From: Nitrospinales bacterium
GTDB taxonomy: Bacteria; Nitrospinota; Nitrospinia; Nitrospinales; VA-1
DNA length: 64,000 nucleotides
Reading direction: 5' to 3'
Assembly (NCBI GenBank): GCA_965262115.1
Contig: OZ253496.1
Location: 2,240,001-2,304,000, forward strand
In this document: positions 30,440 to 41,662 of the stretch, in pieces
Layout of the letters: each line of letters begins with the position of its first letter
Position numbering within the stretch: position 1 is the first letter of the stretch
Notes under the pieces: model-generated
The model's database searches: none
Seen by the model: only the letters and a program-made list of their open reading frames with translations
Told to the model about the DNA's origin: nothing
Translations under genes and position numbers: made by a program

Positions 30440-31798
30440 TTGGAGGGGGATTATATCAGAATTTCGTTTCACAGATTAAATCAGCCTGTTTTTCCACTCG
30501 TCTTATTGACTCTTCTCCTGGTTGCGTGTTCTTCCTCCGAAGACAACGCCCCACAGGTTAAGAAGAAGGAATTCGCGCTCCCGGTCCAGGTCGGCAAAGT
30601 CGTCTACATGGATGTGGCGGACGAAGTGCGCGCGGTGGGAAATATCGAGGCCGAAAAGAGAGTGGTGGTCAATGCGGAAGTCAGGGGAAAAATTACCCGG
30701 ATCGCGGTGGAAGAGGGGATGAAGGTGAAGGAGGGTGATTTGCTGGCGCAGATTGATCCGAGAGAATATGAACTGGTCCACGAAAGATTGAGGGCCGATC
30801 TCTCCTCCGTTCAAAAGGAGTATCAAAAAGCCCAGGGAGGGTTGCGCCCGGAAGACAAACAAAGGCTGGAAGCCAGAATGCATGCCGCTGAAAGCGCCTT
30901 GAATCTGGCCCATATAGAATTGACCCGTGCCGAAAAGTTGGTGACGGAAAAAGTGATGCCGCAGTCGGGACTCGACACGGCCAAAGACAAGGTTCGTCAG
31001 GCCGATGAGTTTTTAAAGGCCAGCAAGGCGGAACTGGCCGCTGGGATGAAAGGGCGCAGTGAGGATATTGAAAAGCTGGAATCGGAAATACAGTCGATCC
31101 GTAAACAGGTTGCCGTAGCCCAACTGAATCTTTCAAAAGTAAATATCGAGGCTCCTTTCGAAGACATCATCATCGCCAAGGAAATTGAGCAGGGCGCTTT
31201 TGCCGAGGCGGGAACCTCTGTCGTGAGAATGATTGGTTCCTCTCGCCTGAAAGCGGTTCTGGAAATGCCGCAGAGCTACAGGAACAAATTGAAAAAGCTC
31301 AAAGGCGCGGAATTTCTGGTGCGGGAACTGGGTTTGAAGTTTGAGCATCGCAGAAACCTGGCGCGGCTCATCCGGGTCATTCCCGACGCCAACATATACT
31401 CCGGCAATATCAAAGTGCAAATCGATTTGCCTGATCCCGACCCTTCTCTGTTCCCAGGACTGACCTTGGAAAGTACCCTGAGTTTTGGTGTTCGTAAAAA
31501 CGTATTGCATGTGCCGGCGGTATCTCTGGTTATTGGCGAGAAAGGCACCGTTGTTTATGTCGTAAAAGACGGTCACGCTCATCTTGTTCCGGTCAGGGCC
31601 TTCAAGGAGCGAAATGATTTTGTGGAGATCGAGGATTTCACTCACCAGCTTGGACTGAAAGCCGATCTCATCCTGCGTGGTTCCGGCGCGGTATTCCCGG
31701 ACGCGAAAGTGTTTTTGACCAACCCTGAACCAAAAACGAAAACTCCGTTCAACTCGGCAGACCAAAAAACATCGTCCGCTAACACCCCGGAGACCTGA
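30440..31798 (+). CDS. RND efflux periplasmic adaptor (MFP), lipoprotein; start uncertain
   Basis: LVAC lipobox, G.I..I.VEEG..VK.GDLLA.ID lipoyl motif and long coiled coil. The track start at 30365 lies inside the MITE. Confidence 0.85.
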   Translation: MEGDYIRISFHRLNQPVFPLVLLTLLLVACSSSEDNAPQVKKKEFALPVQVGKVVYMDVADEVRAVGNIEAEKRVVVNAEVRGKITRIAVEEGMKVKEGDLLAQIDPREYELVHERLRADLSSVQKEYQKAQGGLRPEDKQRLEARMHAAESALNLAHIELTRAEKLVTEKVMPQSGLDTAKDKVRQADEFLKASKAELAAGMKGRSEDIEKLESEIQSIRKQVAVAQLNLSKVNIEAPFEDIIIAKEIEQGAFAEAGTSVVRMIGSSRLKAVLEMPQSYRNKLKKLKGAEFLVRELGLKFEHRRNLARLIRVIPDANIYSGNIKVQIDLPDPDPSLFPGLTLESTLSFGVRKNVLHVPAVSLVIGEKGTVVYVVKDGHAHLVPVRAFKERNDFVEIEDFTHQLGLKADLILRGSGAVFPDAKVFLTNPEPKTKTPFNSADQKTSSANTPET

Positions 31799-34700
31799 TG
31801 AAACTCATTGATCAGTCCATCCGAAACTACCACACGGTTACGGTGATCATCGTTATGGCCCTGGTGGGGGGTGTCTTATGTTTCCAGACCCTGCCCCGGC
31901 AGTTGGCCCCCACCGTTGACAAACCGGAGATTGAGGTCAATACCGAATACCTGGGCCTTTCCCCTGATGAAGTGGAACGCAATATCACGCGTCGCTTGGA
32001 AGACCAACTCGAATCGGTGGAGGGCATGAAAAAAATGACTTCCACCAGTCAGCATGGATTGAGCACCATCAACCTGGAGTTTGAATGGGGCATCGACAAA
32101 AACCTGGCGATGCTCGATGTCAACAACAAGCTTCAACAGGTTAAAGACCTGCCGGTCAATTCCGACAAACCGACCCTGCGGTCTATTTCGAGCGACAACT
32201 CCAGTCCTATCATGTGGATCGTTTTCGACAAGCCCTGAGAAGATGCCCAACCTCAATCAGAATTATATGTACAAGATCGGTGAGGATATCATTGTTCCTA
32301 CCCTCAGGCGGGTGAAGGGCATTGCCGATGTCTGGCACTTCGGTGGGGAAGATCGGGAAATGCGGGTCGAGTTTGATCCTTATACTATGGCGCGTCTGCA
32401 TGTGACCTACAAGGAAGTGATAGACTGGCTATCGGAAGAAAACCAGAACACCCGTGCGGGATTCCATGACGAAGCCAACCGATCTTACACCGTCCGCGCT
32501 CTGGGAGAGTTTCTCAATCCGCAAGATATCCTCGATACGGTCATCAAGCGCGATGGCGACAAAACCATCAAGGTGAAAGATTTTGCCACGGTGGTGGACG
32601 GCTATCAACGAACCAGTTCCCTGGTCCGCATCAGCGGCAACCTGTCCAACGCTTTCGGGGTGATTCGCAAAGCCGGAGCCAATGTGGTGGAAACCTGCAA
32701 CCTGACCGCCAAAAAAGTAGCGGAGCTGAATCAGGAATTGTTGAACCGGGGAATCCCGCTACAATTAAAAATCGTTTACAAGGATGTGGACTATATCGAC
32801 GAGGCCATGCGGCTGGTGAAAGCCAATCTTGGATTTGGGGCCCTGTTGGCTGTGGCCGTCCTGCTGGTGTTTTTAGGTTCTGCGCGGTCATTGCTCATTG
32901 TTGCGATCAGCATTCCTGTGAGCCTGATCTCGGTATTCATCGTTCTTAAGCTTCTAGGGCGAAGCATTAATATTATTTCGCTTGCAGGCATGGCTTTCGC
33001 TGTTGGCATGGTGGTTGATAACTCGATTGTGGTGTTGGAAAATATTTATCGTCATCTCACCATGAGAAAGGGAGTTTTCAAGGCCGCCTACGACGGCGCT
33101 TCAGAGGTTTGGGGAGCGGTTCTTGCTTCAACGCTGACGACGCTGGCGGTTTTTATTCCCATCGTTTTCATTCAGGAAGAGGCGGGGCAGATGTTCCGCG
33201 ACATCGCCATCACCATCAGTGCCAGCATCGCTTTATCTTTGTTGGTATCCATCACCGTCATTCCAACCTTGGCCACGTTATTGATCCGTCTTGAGCCGGG
33301 GGAGGAATACCGACCAGGTTTTTTCCACCGCACTCTGTTCAAGCCGCTCGTCCTGATTGGAAGGAAGGTCGGTGATGCCTATTCCGGCGCTATGAAATGG
33401 ATACTGCGTCATTCTCCCGTCAGTATTCTTTTCAGAGTTTTTGTCATCGCCGGTGTGGGGTGGATGTTGTGGTACAGCGGCCAGGCTCTGCCGGCAAAGG
33501 ATTATCTGCCCTACGGCAACAATAATATGGTTTTCATGCTCATCGAACCAGTGGCGGGAACACCCGTTGAAACGAATATGCGTTACATGGCCGATTACGA
33601 AAAAAAGATTGTCGAGATGGAAGATGTCGACCGCAATTTCCTTGTGTTCTCATCACGCTTCAATGGGGGCGGTGCCATCATTGAAAAGGAATTGGCGGCA
33701 GGCCGGCGCGGCGAAGTAAAAATGGCGATTAAGTCCGGGGAAATGGGACGAGAAATTTTCCGCATTCCTGGTTACCGGTTTGCCTTTGCCATGCAAAGGC
33801 CTATTTTCCGGTCGGCCAACAAAACTTTTGAAGTCGAAATCACCGGACCGGATATGTTGAAACTGAAATCCAATGTACTGGATTTGATCGGGCAGATTTC
33901 CGGCATTGCCGGTGTCCACTCGGTGAGGCCGGAGTTCAAGTTCGGCAACCCGGAGCTTCGGTTCATTCCCCGGCGGGAAAACGCGGCCCGGTTGGACATG
34001 GGTATGGAGGAGATCGGGGATATTATCGAGTCGCTCAACGCCGGGAAATACCTGGGCGAGTTCAACGACCAGGGTGAACCCATCGACTTTGTTCTGGTGC
34101 AAAAGAAAGACGCCAATAAACTGGGACTGGAAGACTACCGTTCCCTGCCTGTATGGACCGAAGAAGGTATGATGACCCATCTCGGGCATCTGGTGGATGT
34201 GGAAATCGACGCAGGCCCCGCGCGCATCGACCATATTGGAACCGAACGCGCGATCAAGCTTCGCGTACAGGTGAGAAAAGATGTGGCCATGCAGTTGGTC
34301 ATCGACCGGGTTGATCAGGAAGTATTGGCAGGCGCAAGAGCAAACCTCGGTCAGGAATACGGACTGCGTATCGGTGGTTCCGCGGATGAACTGGCCTCCA
34401 CCGAAAAATCATTGATGAACAGTTTCGCTTATGCGTTGGGGTTCATTTATCTGCTTCTTGTGGCCCTCTTTTCCTCTTTTCTCAGACCGTTCATAGTTAT
34501 GCTTACGGTGGTGCTGGCTGTTTCCGGCTCCTTTCTCGGAATCGCCTGGAACAACTGGTACCAACGCGGGAATATTATTGAAATCCTCAATGAGTGGAAC
34601 GTGCCCAATGCGCAGGCCATGGATAATGATTGGACCTGGGTCACCTTTGACATTTTGACTCAGTTGGGGATTGTCATCCTCGCCGGCATTGTGGTTAATA

Positions 34701-35050
34701 ACGCCATCCTCATCGTGCATCAAATGCTCAACAATATTAAATCGGGTATGGAGGAACGCGAGGCCCTTCTTGTTTCCTGCCAGACACGGTTAAGACCCAT
34801 CATAATGACCGTTATCTCCAGCGTGTTCGGCATGATTCCCCTGGCTTTCGGAGAAGGCGCGGGTACCGAACTGTATCGGGGAATGGGCACTGCCCTGATC
34901 GGCGGATTGAGCTTCTCCACCCTGTTTACCCTTTTCCTGGTTCCTGTGCTGATATCACTGCTGATCGATATGGGATTCCACACCCGCAAAGAGGACCTCG
35001 TTAAAGATTCGCTCCAAGCAGATCCGGGTTCTGTACCAACAGCCAGCTGA
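31798..35050 (+). pseudogene. AcrB/AcrD/AcrF-family RND permease, frameshifted near 32233
   Basis: ORFs 31798..32238 and 32081..35050 are contiguous halves (..WIVFDKP / PEKMPNL..), with GMVVDNSIVVLENI, GIVVNNAIL and RLRPIIMT motifs. Confidence 0.85.
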
Positions 35051-35097
35051 AAAAAAACTGCTTCCAGCACCCTACCGTGGGGGGGGGCAAAAGCTCA

Positions 35098-35784
35098 TTA
35101 ACTCTGGTGGTCCATTGGCCAGTCCTGGGGTGGGAGGCAGTCGATGACAATTTCTTCTTTGCTCGTCGGGTGATGGAAGACCATGCGCCGGGCGTGCAGA
35201 GCGATCCGTCCTTCCGGCAACATTGAGCTCGCGCCATACTTTTTGTCGCCAACGATGGGGTGCCCGATGAAGGCGAGTTGTGCCCGGATCTGGTGGAACC
35301 TTCCGGTATGCAGATGAATATCGAGCTGGCTGGTGGTGCCAGAAGTTTCGATGACTTCATAATCCAATAGAGCTTCTTTAGCGTCAGGGGTTGGGCGGGG
35401 GAACACGGTGGCCTTGAGGGATTTTTCTTTTCTCAAGTAATGCGTCAGACTGGCTTGCTGAGGTTCTGGAGTTCCTTCAACGAGAGCCCGATAAATTTTT
35501 TTTGTGGTTTTTTGACGAAACTGTTCTGAGAGCCGCGAGGAACCTTTGGATGTGCGGCCAAACACCACCACTCCCGACACCGGCCGGTCGAGCCGATGCA
35601 CCAATCCTAAAAACACTTTGCCGGGTTTTTTATATTCTGTTTTGATCCAGTCCTTGACCTGGTCCATTAGGGAAGCTTTGCAGGAATCGTCAGACTGAGT
35701 GAGCATTCCCGCAGGTTTGCACACCACGATCAAATGGTTGTCGAGATAGAGAATGTCGAGAGAAGAGTCAGGAAGGTTGCTCAA
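35098..35784 (-). CDS. RluA-family pseudouridine synthase
   Basis: HRLDRPVSG and TGRFHQIRAQLA motifs. Confidence 0.92.
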   Translation of the reverse strand: MSNLPDSSLDILYLDNHLIVVCKPAGMLTQSDDSCKASLMDQVKDWIKTEYKKPGKVFLGLVHRLDRPVSGVVVFGRTSKGSSRLSEQFRQKTTKKIYRALVEGTPEPQQASLTHYLRKEKSLKATVFPRPTPDAKEALLDYEVIETSGTTSQLDIHLHTGRFHQIRAQLAFIGHPIVGDKKYGASSMLPEGRIALHARRMVFHHPTSKEEIVIDCLPPQDWPMDHQS

Positions 35785-36436
35785 GCTTCAGTCCTTTGGC
35801 TTCGATGACCTTGAGCACCGGAGGGGTGACGATGCCGCCGGAAACCACATACTTGATGCCTTCCTCAATGGTCATCGAAACTTCCGTGAGTTCATCGGGC
35901 GGAGAAAAGATCAGGAATCCGGAAGTGGGATTGGGCATGGTCGGCACGAACACGTTGAGCATATTCTCCTGGGTAATCTGTTGCACTTCTCCGCGAGATT
36001 CGCCGGTCACAAACCCGACCGCCAGAAGTCCCCGGCGCGGGAACTCGAGCAGGACAACTTTGCGAAAGGCCGACGTGTCGGCCTGGGCGATGGAAACCAC
36101 TACCTGTTTGGAGCCTTTATAAATCCGACGGACGAATGGGATTTTTTCAACAAAGGTTTCGCCGAGTTCAAAAATCTTTTTTCCAAAAAAGTTAGTGGTC
36201 AGCCAACCCACTGCGAGCACGATCAGCAGGGTGATCAGCACTCCCAGAAAGGGGATGCGGTAACCTTCGGGAAAGGGCGCACCGAGTTGGATCAGCATAT
36301 TGGTGAATACCGGCGACAGGGCATCGAGGTTCTTGAACAGGAACTGCAAAATGAACCATGTCAGCGCGATCGGCAGGGTGATCAATAGCCCGGTGATGAA
36401 AACATTTCGAAGTCTGCGTTGGAAATTTTTAAGCAC
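35768..36436 (-). CDS. DUF502 family membrane protein
   Basis: FITGLL..LPIALT and VFVPTMPNPTSGFL motifs. Confidence 0.9.
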   Translation of the reverse strand: MLKNFQRRLRNVFITGLLITLPIALTWFILQFLFKNLDALSPVFTNMLIQLGAPFPEGYRIPFLGVLITLLIVLAVGWLTTNFFGKKIFELGETFVEKIPFVRRIYKGSKQVVVSIAQADTSAFRKVVLLEFPRRGLLAVGFVTGESRGEVQQITQENMLNVFVPTMPNPTSGFLIFSPPDELTEVSMTIEEGIKYVVSGGIVTPPVLKVIEAKGLKLEQPS

Positions 36437-36545
36437 GGTGGTAAGGATGAGTTAAAGAATGGTGTGTGGGTCTGAAAACTTTCAATATATTATATAGGGA
36501 AAGCGGAGGAAGGCAATAGAGGGTCAGGGCGGGGTGGTTTTGCCC

Positions 36546-36573
36546 TTGACAGTTGTGGGATAATCGCTAATAT
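36546..36573 (+). promoter_or_regulatory. Sigma70-type promoter for tRNA-Ala
   Basis: TTGACA (36546-36551), 16 bp spacer, TAATAT (36568-36573). Confidence 0.5.
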
Positions 36574-36614
36574 CAAGCGGTTGCATTGCGGGTGGGGTAA
36601 AAAAACTAATAAAT

Positions 36615-36687
<73 letters not shown>

Positions 36688-36697
36688 TATCCATTTT

Positions 36698-36735
36698 AAA
36701 GGGCTTGGTCGTTTTGACCAGGCCCTTTGTTTTTG
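36698..36735 (+). terminator. Intrinsic terminator after tRNA-Ala
   Basis: AAAGGGCTTGGTCG-TTT-TGACCAGGCCCTTT hairpin followed by a T tract. Confidence 0.75.
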
Positions 36736-36876
36736 AAATTGTATGGGTGTAGTAACGCGGGGAAATGGGTGCGGGTCATTACAGTCAATGGTTGGTGCGT
36801 TTGAAAAAGGCCAAACCCAAATGAGATTTCTGTTATGTTGAACCCGGTATTTTCTTTTTTTCATTAGAGTATTTAT

Positions 36877-38292
36877 ATGGTTTTATCTACCCGAAAATTT
36901 TCATCCATAGCGCTTGCAAAAGAAATAGAGTCTCCAGAAAATCCTGGAGCATTGGAAAAACGTGTTGCACTGGTGCCGACAGATATTGGCAGACTTACTC
37001 AAGCTGGCATGAAAGTTTACGTTGAATACGGGGCTGGAGAGGGTGTTGGATTCAGTGATCGTGAGTACGAGCAAAACAACGCCATTATGCAAACACCAGA
37101 GGAAATTTATCGAGATAAGGAGATCATTATTAAGTTTAAAGGCCCATCACTCTTTTCAATTGAAGAGATGCGTGAGGGTTGCACCTTATTCTGTATGGCG
37201 CATTTTCATTCTTTTCAAGACCGGGCGAAGTTACTTCAGGATCGATGTATTAATGTAATTGCAATGGAAGAAATATGTGAATCACCAAAGGTTAACCCAG
37301 ATCAGGAAATTCTGGGTCGTCTTGCCATGGCTGAAGCCTTAAAGCCATTTTTTGAAGAAAACACCATTGGTGGCTTGCAGGTCAGAATCATGGGATGGAG
37401 TGACCGACTACGCAGTGCCATTCGCCGTTGCGGCAATCGCAACCCCCGCTCGTTGCAGATCATTCAACCAACGCTTTCGGTTGAAGAGCTATATGCGGTT
37501 GGACCGGATTCCTTATATTTTTATGACAGTCCAAACTTTGAAGATCGACAAGGTGTTCTGGCTAAACTGAAAAACGATGGTACACACATTTTTGATCTTT
37601 TTGAATTTGAACGGCAGCATGGCGAAAAAGCCATTGCTGCTTATCATGCTACCCATCCACCTGCAGAATTTGGGTTGCGCCGTATCCAGTGTCTGCATGA
37701 AACCGGCCAGGCAGGTGCACGGTATGGTGTTGAATTATTAAAAGAAAACAAACCCGCCTTGGACATTATGAACGCAAAGGCGGTTGTTCTGGGTTATGGC
37801 AATGTGGCTCAAGGGGCGTTGCATGAATTATATAACCAAGGGATTAAATTTATTCATGTGCTAGGTCGCCCACATACCTCCAGGGGCCACATTGATTTTT
37901 GGCTGAAGAATGTGGACTTAGTGGTAAACGGTGCGGAACAACCTCCGGAGTTACGGGGCGTGAACTTTTTAATTAGCAACCAACACTTGAAAGAATTTAT
38001 TCCAGATCAGTCCGTGGTTATTGACTTGGTGGGTGGCAGTGCAAGCAACCGAAGCCCTGTGGAAGCGGTTGTTAGCTGTAGTTTTCTGACAGAGCCTTAT
38101 TTTGTGCAGGATGGCGTCACCGTGTCGGCTTTATGGGGATGGCCAATGATGGGCATGATGCGAGAGACCGCCATTCGTTATTCTGGGCAAATCGTCGATG
38201 TCTTAATCGGTCATGAAAAACTTATTGACGGACTTCATTTGCTAAAACCCGGTGTTCAGCGAGCACTAGTTTGCGGCCCTTTTTATCAGTAA
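36877..38292 (+). CDS. AlaDH/PNT-superfamily NAD(P)-dependent oxidoreductase with a large insertion
   Basis: LAKE...EKRVALVP, VEYGAGEGVGFSD.EY, VVLGYGNVAQGA and VVIDL motifs. Confidence 0.75.
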   Translation: MVLSTRKFSSIALAKEIESPENPGALEKRVALVPTDIGRLTQAGMKVYVEYGAGEGVGFSDREYEQNNAIMQTPEEIYRDKEIIIKFKGPSLFSIEEMREGCTLFCMAHFHSFQDRAKLLQDRCINVIAMEEICESPKVNPDQEILGRLAMAEALKPFFEENTIGGLQVRIMGWSDRLRSAIRRCGNRNPRSLQIIQPTLSVEELYAVGPDSLYFYDSPNFEDRQGVLAKLKNDGTHIFDLFEFERQHGEKAIAAYHATHPPAEFGLRRIQCLHETGQAGARYGVELLKENKPALDIMNAKAVVLGYGNVAQGALHELYNQGIKFIHVLGRPHTSRGHIDFWLKNVDLVVNGAEQPPELRGVNFLISNQHLKEFIPDQSVVIDLVGGSASNRSPVEAVVSCSFLTEPYFVQDGVTVSALWGWPMMGMMRETAIRYSGQIVDVLIGHEKLIDGLHLLKPGVQRALVCGPFYQ

Positions 38293-38345
38293 CTATCAAA
38301 ACTGCGTTCGACGGCATTTTTTATGGCAGAGCCGGGGGTTTTAAC

Positions 38346-38379
38346 AAAAAAAGGCCTGGCCATTTGGCCAAGCCTTTTT
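38346..38379. terminator. Bidirectional intrinsic terminator between convergent genes
   Basis: AAAAAAAGGCCTGGCCA-TT-TGGCCAAGCCTTTTT. Confidence 0.7.
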
Positions 38380-38434
38380 AAATAAATATGGAACGGACTC
38401 CGGCAGAGTCAAAGTTCCGCCGGAAGATAGGTTC

Positions 38435-38635
38435 TTATTTGGGCACCACTTGAGTGGCTTGCGGACCTTTCTGGCCCATACCTTCTTCGAATTCGACTGC
38501 TTGGCCTTCTGTAAGAGTCTTAAAGCCTTCCCCTTGAATTTCTGAGAAATGAACAAAAAGATCTTTGCCGCTCTCGGACTCAATGAATCCATAACCCTTG
38601 CTTTCGTTAAACCATTTTACTGTTCCTACTGCCAT
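38435..38635 (-). CDS. Cold-shock protein (66 aa; start reassigned to 38635)
   Basis: GTVKWFN..KGYGFI and FVHFSEI RNP motifs. Confidence 0.95.
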   Translation of the reverse strand: MAVGTVKWFNESKGYGFIESESGKDLFVHFSEIQGEGFKTLTEGQAVEFEEGMGQKGPQATQVVPK

Positions 38636-39177
38636 AATAAATACTCTCCTGCAATTGAACGAGAACACACTCCCAGAAAGTCTGGATAAGGTCTTCCCTG
38701 TTTTTAAATTGGGTTGGATTGATGCAAGAACTTTTAGAGAACCGCTTCGACGAAAAACCTACTCACTTCCGCCTGTTAAACCAAAGTGTTTTTACAGGTC
38801 TGCTCTAGGCGAGAAACTAGAAGGAATCAAATTACACTACAGCTAAACAACCCTATGTTTACTCAAACAGGATAACATGAATACGGGGAATGTCCTAATT
38901 TGTCCCATAACAATAGACTGAGATTAAAGGTAAATCAACGTGGCGACCTCTTTCCCGCTCTGTGACTGAATTGGCGAGAATATTAAAAAATTATAATTTT
39001 AATCTCCTTGTAATCTTGCCCGAGCATTATAGCCTGATAATATCTCCTTCAGGGGATTCCCCTTGAGGCAAGGCATCAAAAAATCGTAAAGGATTTTCTA
39101 TTTTTTCCGCTCCTTTTTGGAGTGGTTTTTTTTGCCAATTACGCCAGTGGTAAACAGATTAAAGCAGAGGTAATTTT

Positions 39178-39363
39178 ATGCATGAAGTTAAGGTTTACGA
39201 CAGTTCCGGGAATTTGAAAAAAGTGATCTCGGTAAAAAAATTGAATATCCGGTCAAAGAAGCAATTGGAATTTCCTTCTCTTTTCAGGAAAAATAAAAGA
39301 ACCGGAAGGCCACTGACAAAACCTGCTAAAATGTCGGCGAAAGGTAAAGCGTCACAACTTTGA
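39178..39363 (+). CDS. Small basic hypothetical protein
   Basis: GAGG RBS and ATG start; co-oriented upstream of rpsU. Confidence 0.6.
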   Translation: MHEVKVYDSSGNLKKVISVKKLNIRSKKQLEFPSLFRKNKRTGRPLTKPAKMSAKGKASQL

Positions 39364-39381
39364 AAACAGGAGTCCCCTATT

Positions 39382-39588
39382 TTGCAAGTCACCGTTTATC
39401 AGAATCAGGTCGAACGGGCGTTAAAAGGTTTTAAGCGCCAACTCAATAAAGAGGGTTTGTTCAAAGAGCTTAAGCGCAGACGGTTTTATGAAAAGCCGTC
39501 GGTCAAGAAAAAACGCAAGATAAAAGAAGCCAAAAAAAAGCGCAATATGGCGATGCGGCGGGGGCGCTCTGCCTGGCATCAGATGTAG
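39382..39588 (+). CDS. rpsU: 30S ribosomal protein S21 (TTG start)
   Basis: VERALK.FKR and RRFYEKPSVKKKRK motifs; AGGAG RBS. Confidence 0.93.
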   Translation: MQVTVYQNQVERALKGFKRQLNKEGLFKELKRRRFYEKPSVKKKRKIKEAKKKRNMAMRRGRSAWHQM

Positions 39589-39646
39589 AGGCTGCCCAAT
39601 AATCTTCGTTCCTGGTCTTCAACCTCTCGTTCTACTGAATAAAACA

Positions 39647-39684
39647 AAAGGGCTCAGCGATTTTCGCTGGGCCCTTTTGTTTTG
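39647..39684 (+). terminator. Intrinsic terminator after rpsU
   Basis: AAAGGGCTCAGCGA-TTT-TCGCTGGGCCCTTT hairpin followed by a T tract. Confidence 0.75.
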
Positions 39685-39758
39685 AAATTATAGGGTGTTG
39701 TCCCGATCTCGTTGTGCAAAAATATCAACCAACATTGGTCAACCAACTGTGAAGTAAT

Positions 39759-40954
39759 ATGCAGAGTCCCTATAATTCGTCGGAAAATTTTTATTCGGAC
39801 CTACCAATATTCAGGGATTTTTTGGGAGTGTCGGATGAAAAAACTTTCATGATGTTCCTGAAGATTGGCTGGTTGTTGTTTCTGATATTAAGGGGTCGAC
39901 TAAAGCGATTGAAAGTGGACGCTACAAGGATGTAAATATTCTGGGGGCTTCTTCAATTATCGCTGTTCTCAATTGCGTTCAGAATATCGAAATTCCCTTC
40001 GTTTTTGGCGGCCACGGCGCTTCATTCGTTGTTCCGGAGTCCTGCAGGAAGCTAGTAGAAAAAGCTTTGAATGGTGCCCGGAGACTCGCTCACTGTAGTT
40101 TTGATATGGAGCTAAGGGTGGGAATGGTGCCGGTGAAAGTTATCCTTGAAGGGGGATTTCGGACGCGGATCGCCAAGATGCAGGTCTCTCCATGGGGAAC
40201 TTTGGCTATGTTTTCTGGCGGCGGTTTGGCTTATGCAGAGAAACTAATAAAAGATCCCGAAATATCCGCGACCTATGAAATTCAACCCGGCTTTGATGAT
40301 AAAGAGGATCACGGTCTTTTTGAAGGATTGGAATGCAGATGGGAACCGATCGCCAGTAAAAAAGGTGAAACTTTATGCCTCATGGTTTTGGCTAGAGGGG
40401 ACAGCAAACTTAAAAGCGCCGAATCCTATGCCAATTTCATTGAAGAGATACGGAAAATATATGGATCGCAAAGGGATTATAGCCCTGTCAGCCCAAGTCA
40501 AATGAAGGTGATATTGGACTCCAAGCTATTGGCCTCGGAAACAAAAGTCCGAACCTTCAATAAAAAAATTTTAACACGTCTGGTTTATCCTGTCTTATTA
40601 ATATTGTCTTGTATTATAGGAAAAATCATTTTCAAATTCGGGCTTAAAGTTGGGGAGATGGATGGGGAAGAATACTTAAATATGTTGACGAAAAACTCTG
40701 ATTTCCAGAAATTTGATGACACTCTGCGAATGACCATCGATAACAACCCGGAATAACGAAAAAAACTTGTCGGATATCTGGAAGCTCAGAGGAAGGCGGG
40801 AGCATTATTTTATGGAATTCAAATTTCCGATTCAGCATTAATGACGTGTATGGTTTTTGACCGCAAAGACCGCCATCTGCATTTTGTGGATGGGGCCTCC
40901 GGCGGATACGCTTTGGCCGCGAAACAGATGAAGAGCCAACTCGCTGGAAATTAA
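39759..40954 (+). pseudogene. DUF3095 family protein, frameshifted and carrying a nonsense codon
   Basis: VPEDW.VVVSDI.GSTKAIE.GRYKDVN, LECRW, DFQKFDD.LRM and HFVDGA.GGYA.AA motifs. One base is missing in the A6 run at 39838-39843, and there is an in-frame TAA at 40754-40756. Confidence 0.85.
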
Positions 40955-40981
40955 AAATTTATACGGAAGATCATTAACGTT

Positions 40982-41575
40982 ATGAAAAATTTGCTATTGA
41001 TCATGGTGCTGGTTTGGGCAATGCCATCGTTGGCATGGGCCGGTTATCAGGAGGCCACAGACGCGTTTGATCGGGGCGATGCCCTGACAGCGTTGAAAGA
41101 GTTTCAAGCTCTTGCGGATAGTAACGATGCCAGGGGCCAATATGGCCTGGGGATCATGCATGACCTGGGAGACGGCGTCCCGCAAAGTTCAGAACAAGCG
41201 GCGAAGTGGTACCGACTTTCCGCCGAGCAGGGCTACGCAGACGCCCAGAATAACCTGGGAGTGATGTATGAAAATGGGGAAGGTGTCCCGAGGAATTATG
41301 ATGCCGCCATGAAGTGGTACCGAAAAGCGGCAGAACTGGGAAACAAGGATGCTCCCAACAACATCGGGGTCATGTATATGACTGGAAGCGGCGTGCGGCG
41401 GGATTTCGTGAAAGCCCGTATGTGGTTCAGCATAGCGGGAAAGGGTGATCCTGACGCGACCAGCAACAAGAACTTTCTCTTGAAAAGAATGACACCAGAA
41501 GAAATTGCGCAGTCTGAAAACCTGGCGCAGGAATGGTTGAAGATTCGAAGTCAGGGGAAAGTGGGAAAAAATTGA
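40982..41575 (+). CDS. Secreted Sel1-repeat protein
   Basis: Signal peptide and AQNNLGVMY..G.GV....A.KWY.KAA repeats. Confidence 0.9.
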   Translation: MKNLLLIMVLVWAMPSLAWAGYQEATDAFDRGDALTALKEFQALADSNDARGQYGLGIMHDLGDGVPQSSEQAAKWYRLSAEQGYADAQNNLGVMYENGEGVPRNYDAAMKWYRKAAELGNKDAPNNIGVMYMTGSGVRRDFVKARMWFSIAGKGDPDATSNKNFLLKRMTPEEIAQSENLAQEWLKIRSQGKVGKN

Positions 41576-41662
41576 AAGTAGCATGCGTGGAATGTAGATT
41601 GAAAAAAATGACAGCGAGGTTTATTTAATTGCGGAGACCCGGAGAAAATAAGAACAGTCTTC

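Noticed and set aside
32233..32240. Programmed frameshift in the RND permease
   Set aside because: No slippery heptamer or long homopolymer; more simply a small indel.
38636..38860. cspA-type RNA thermosensor 5' UTR
   Set aside because: A long leader exists, but I cannot verify a structure or Rfam match by eye.
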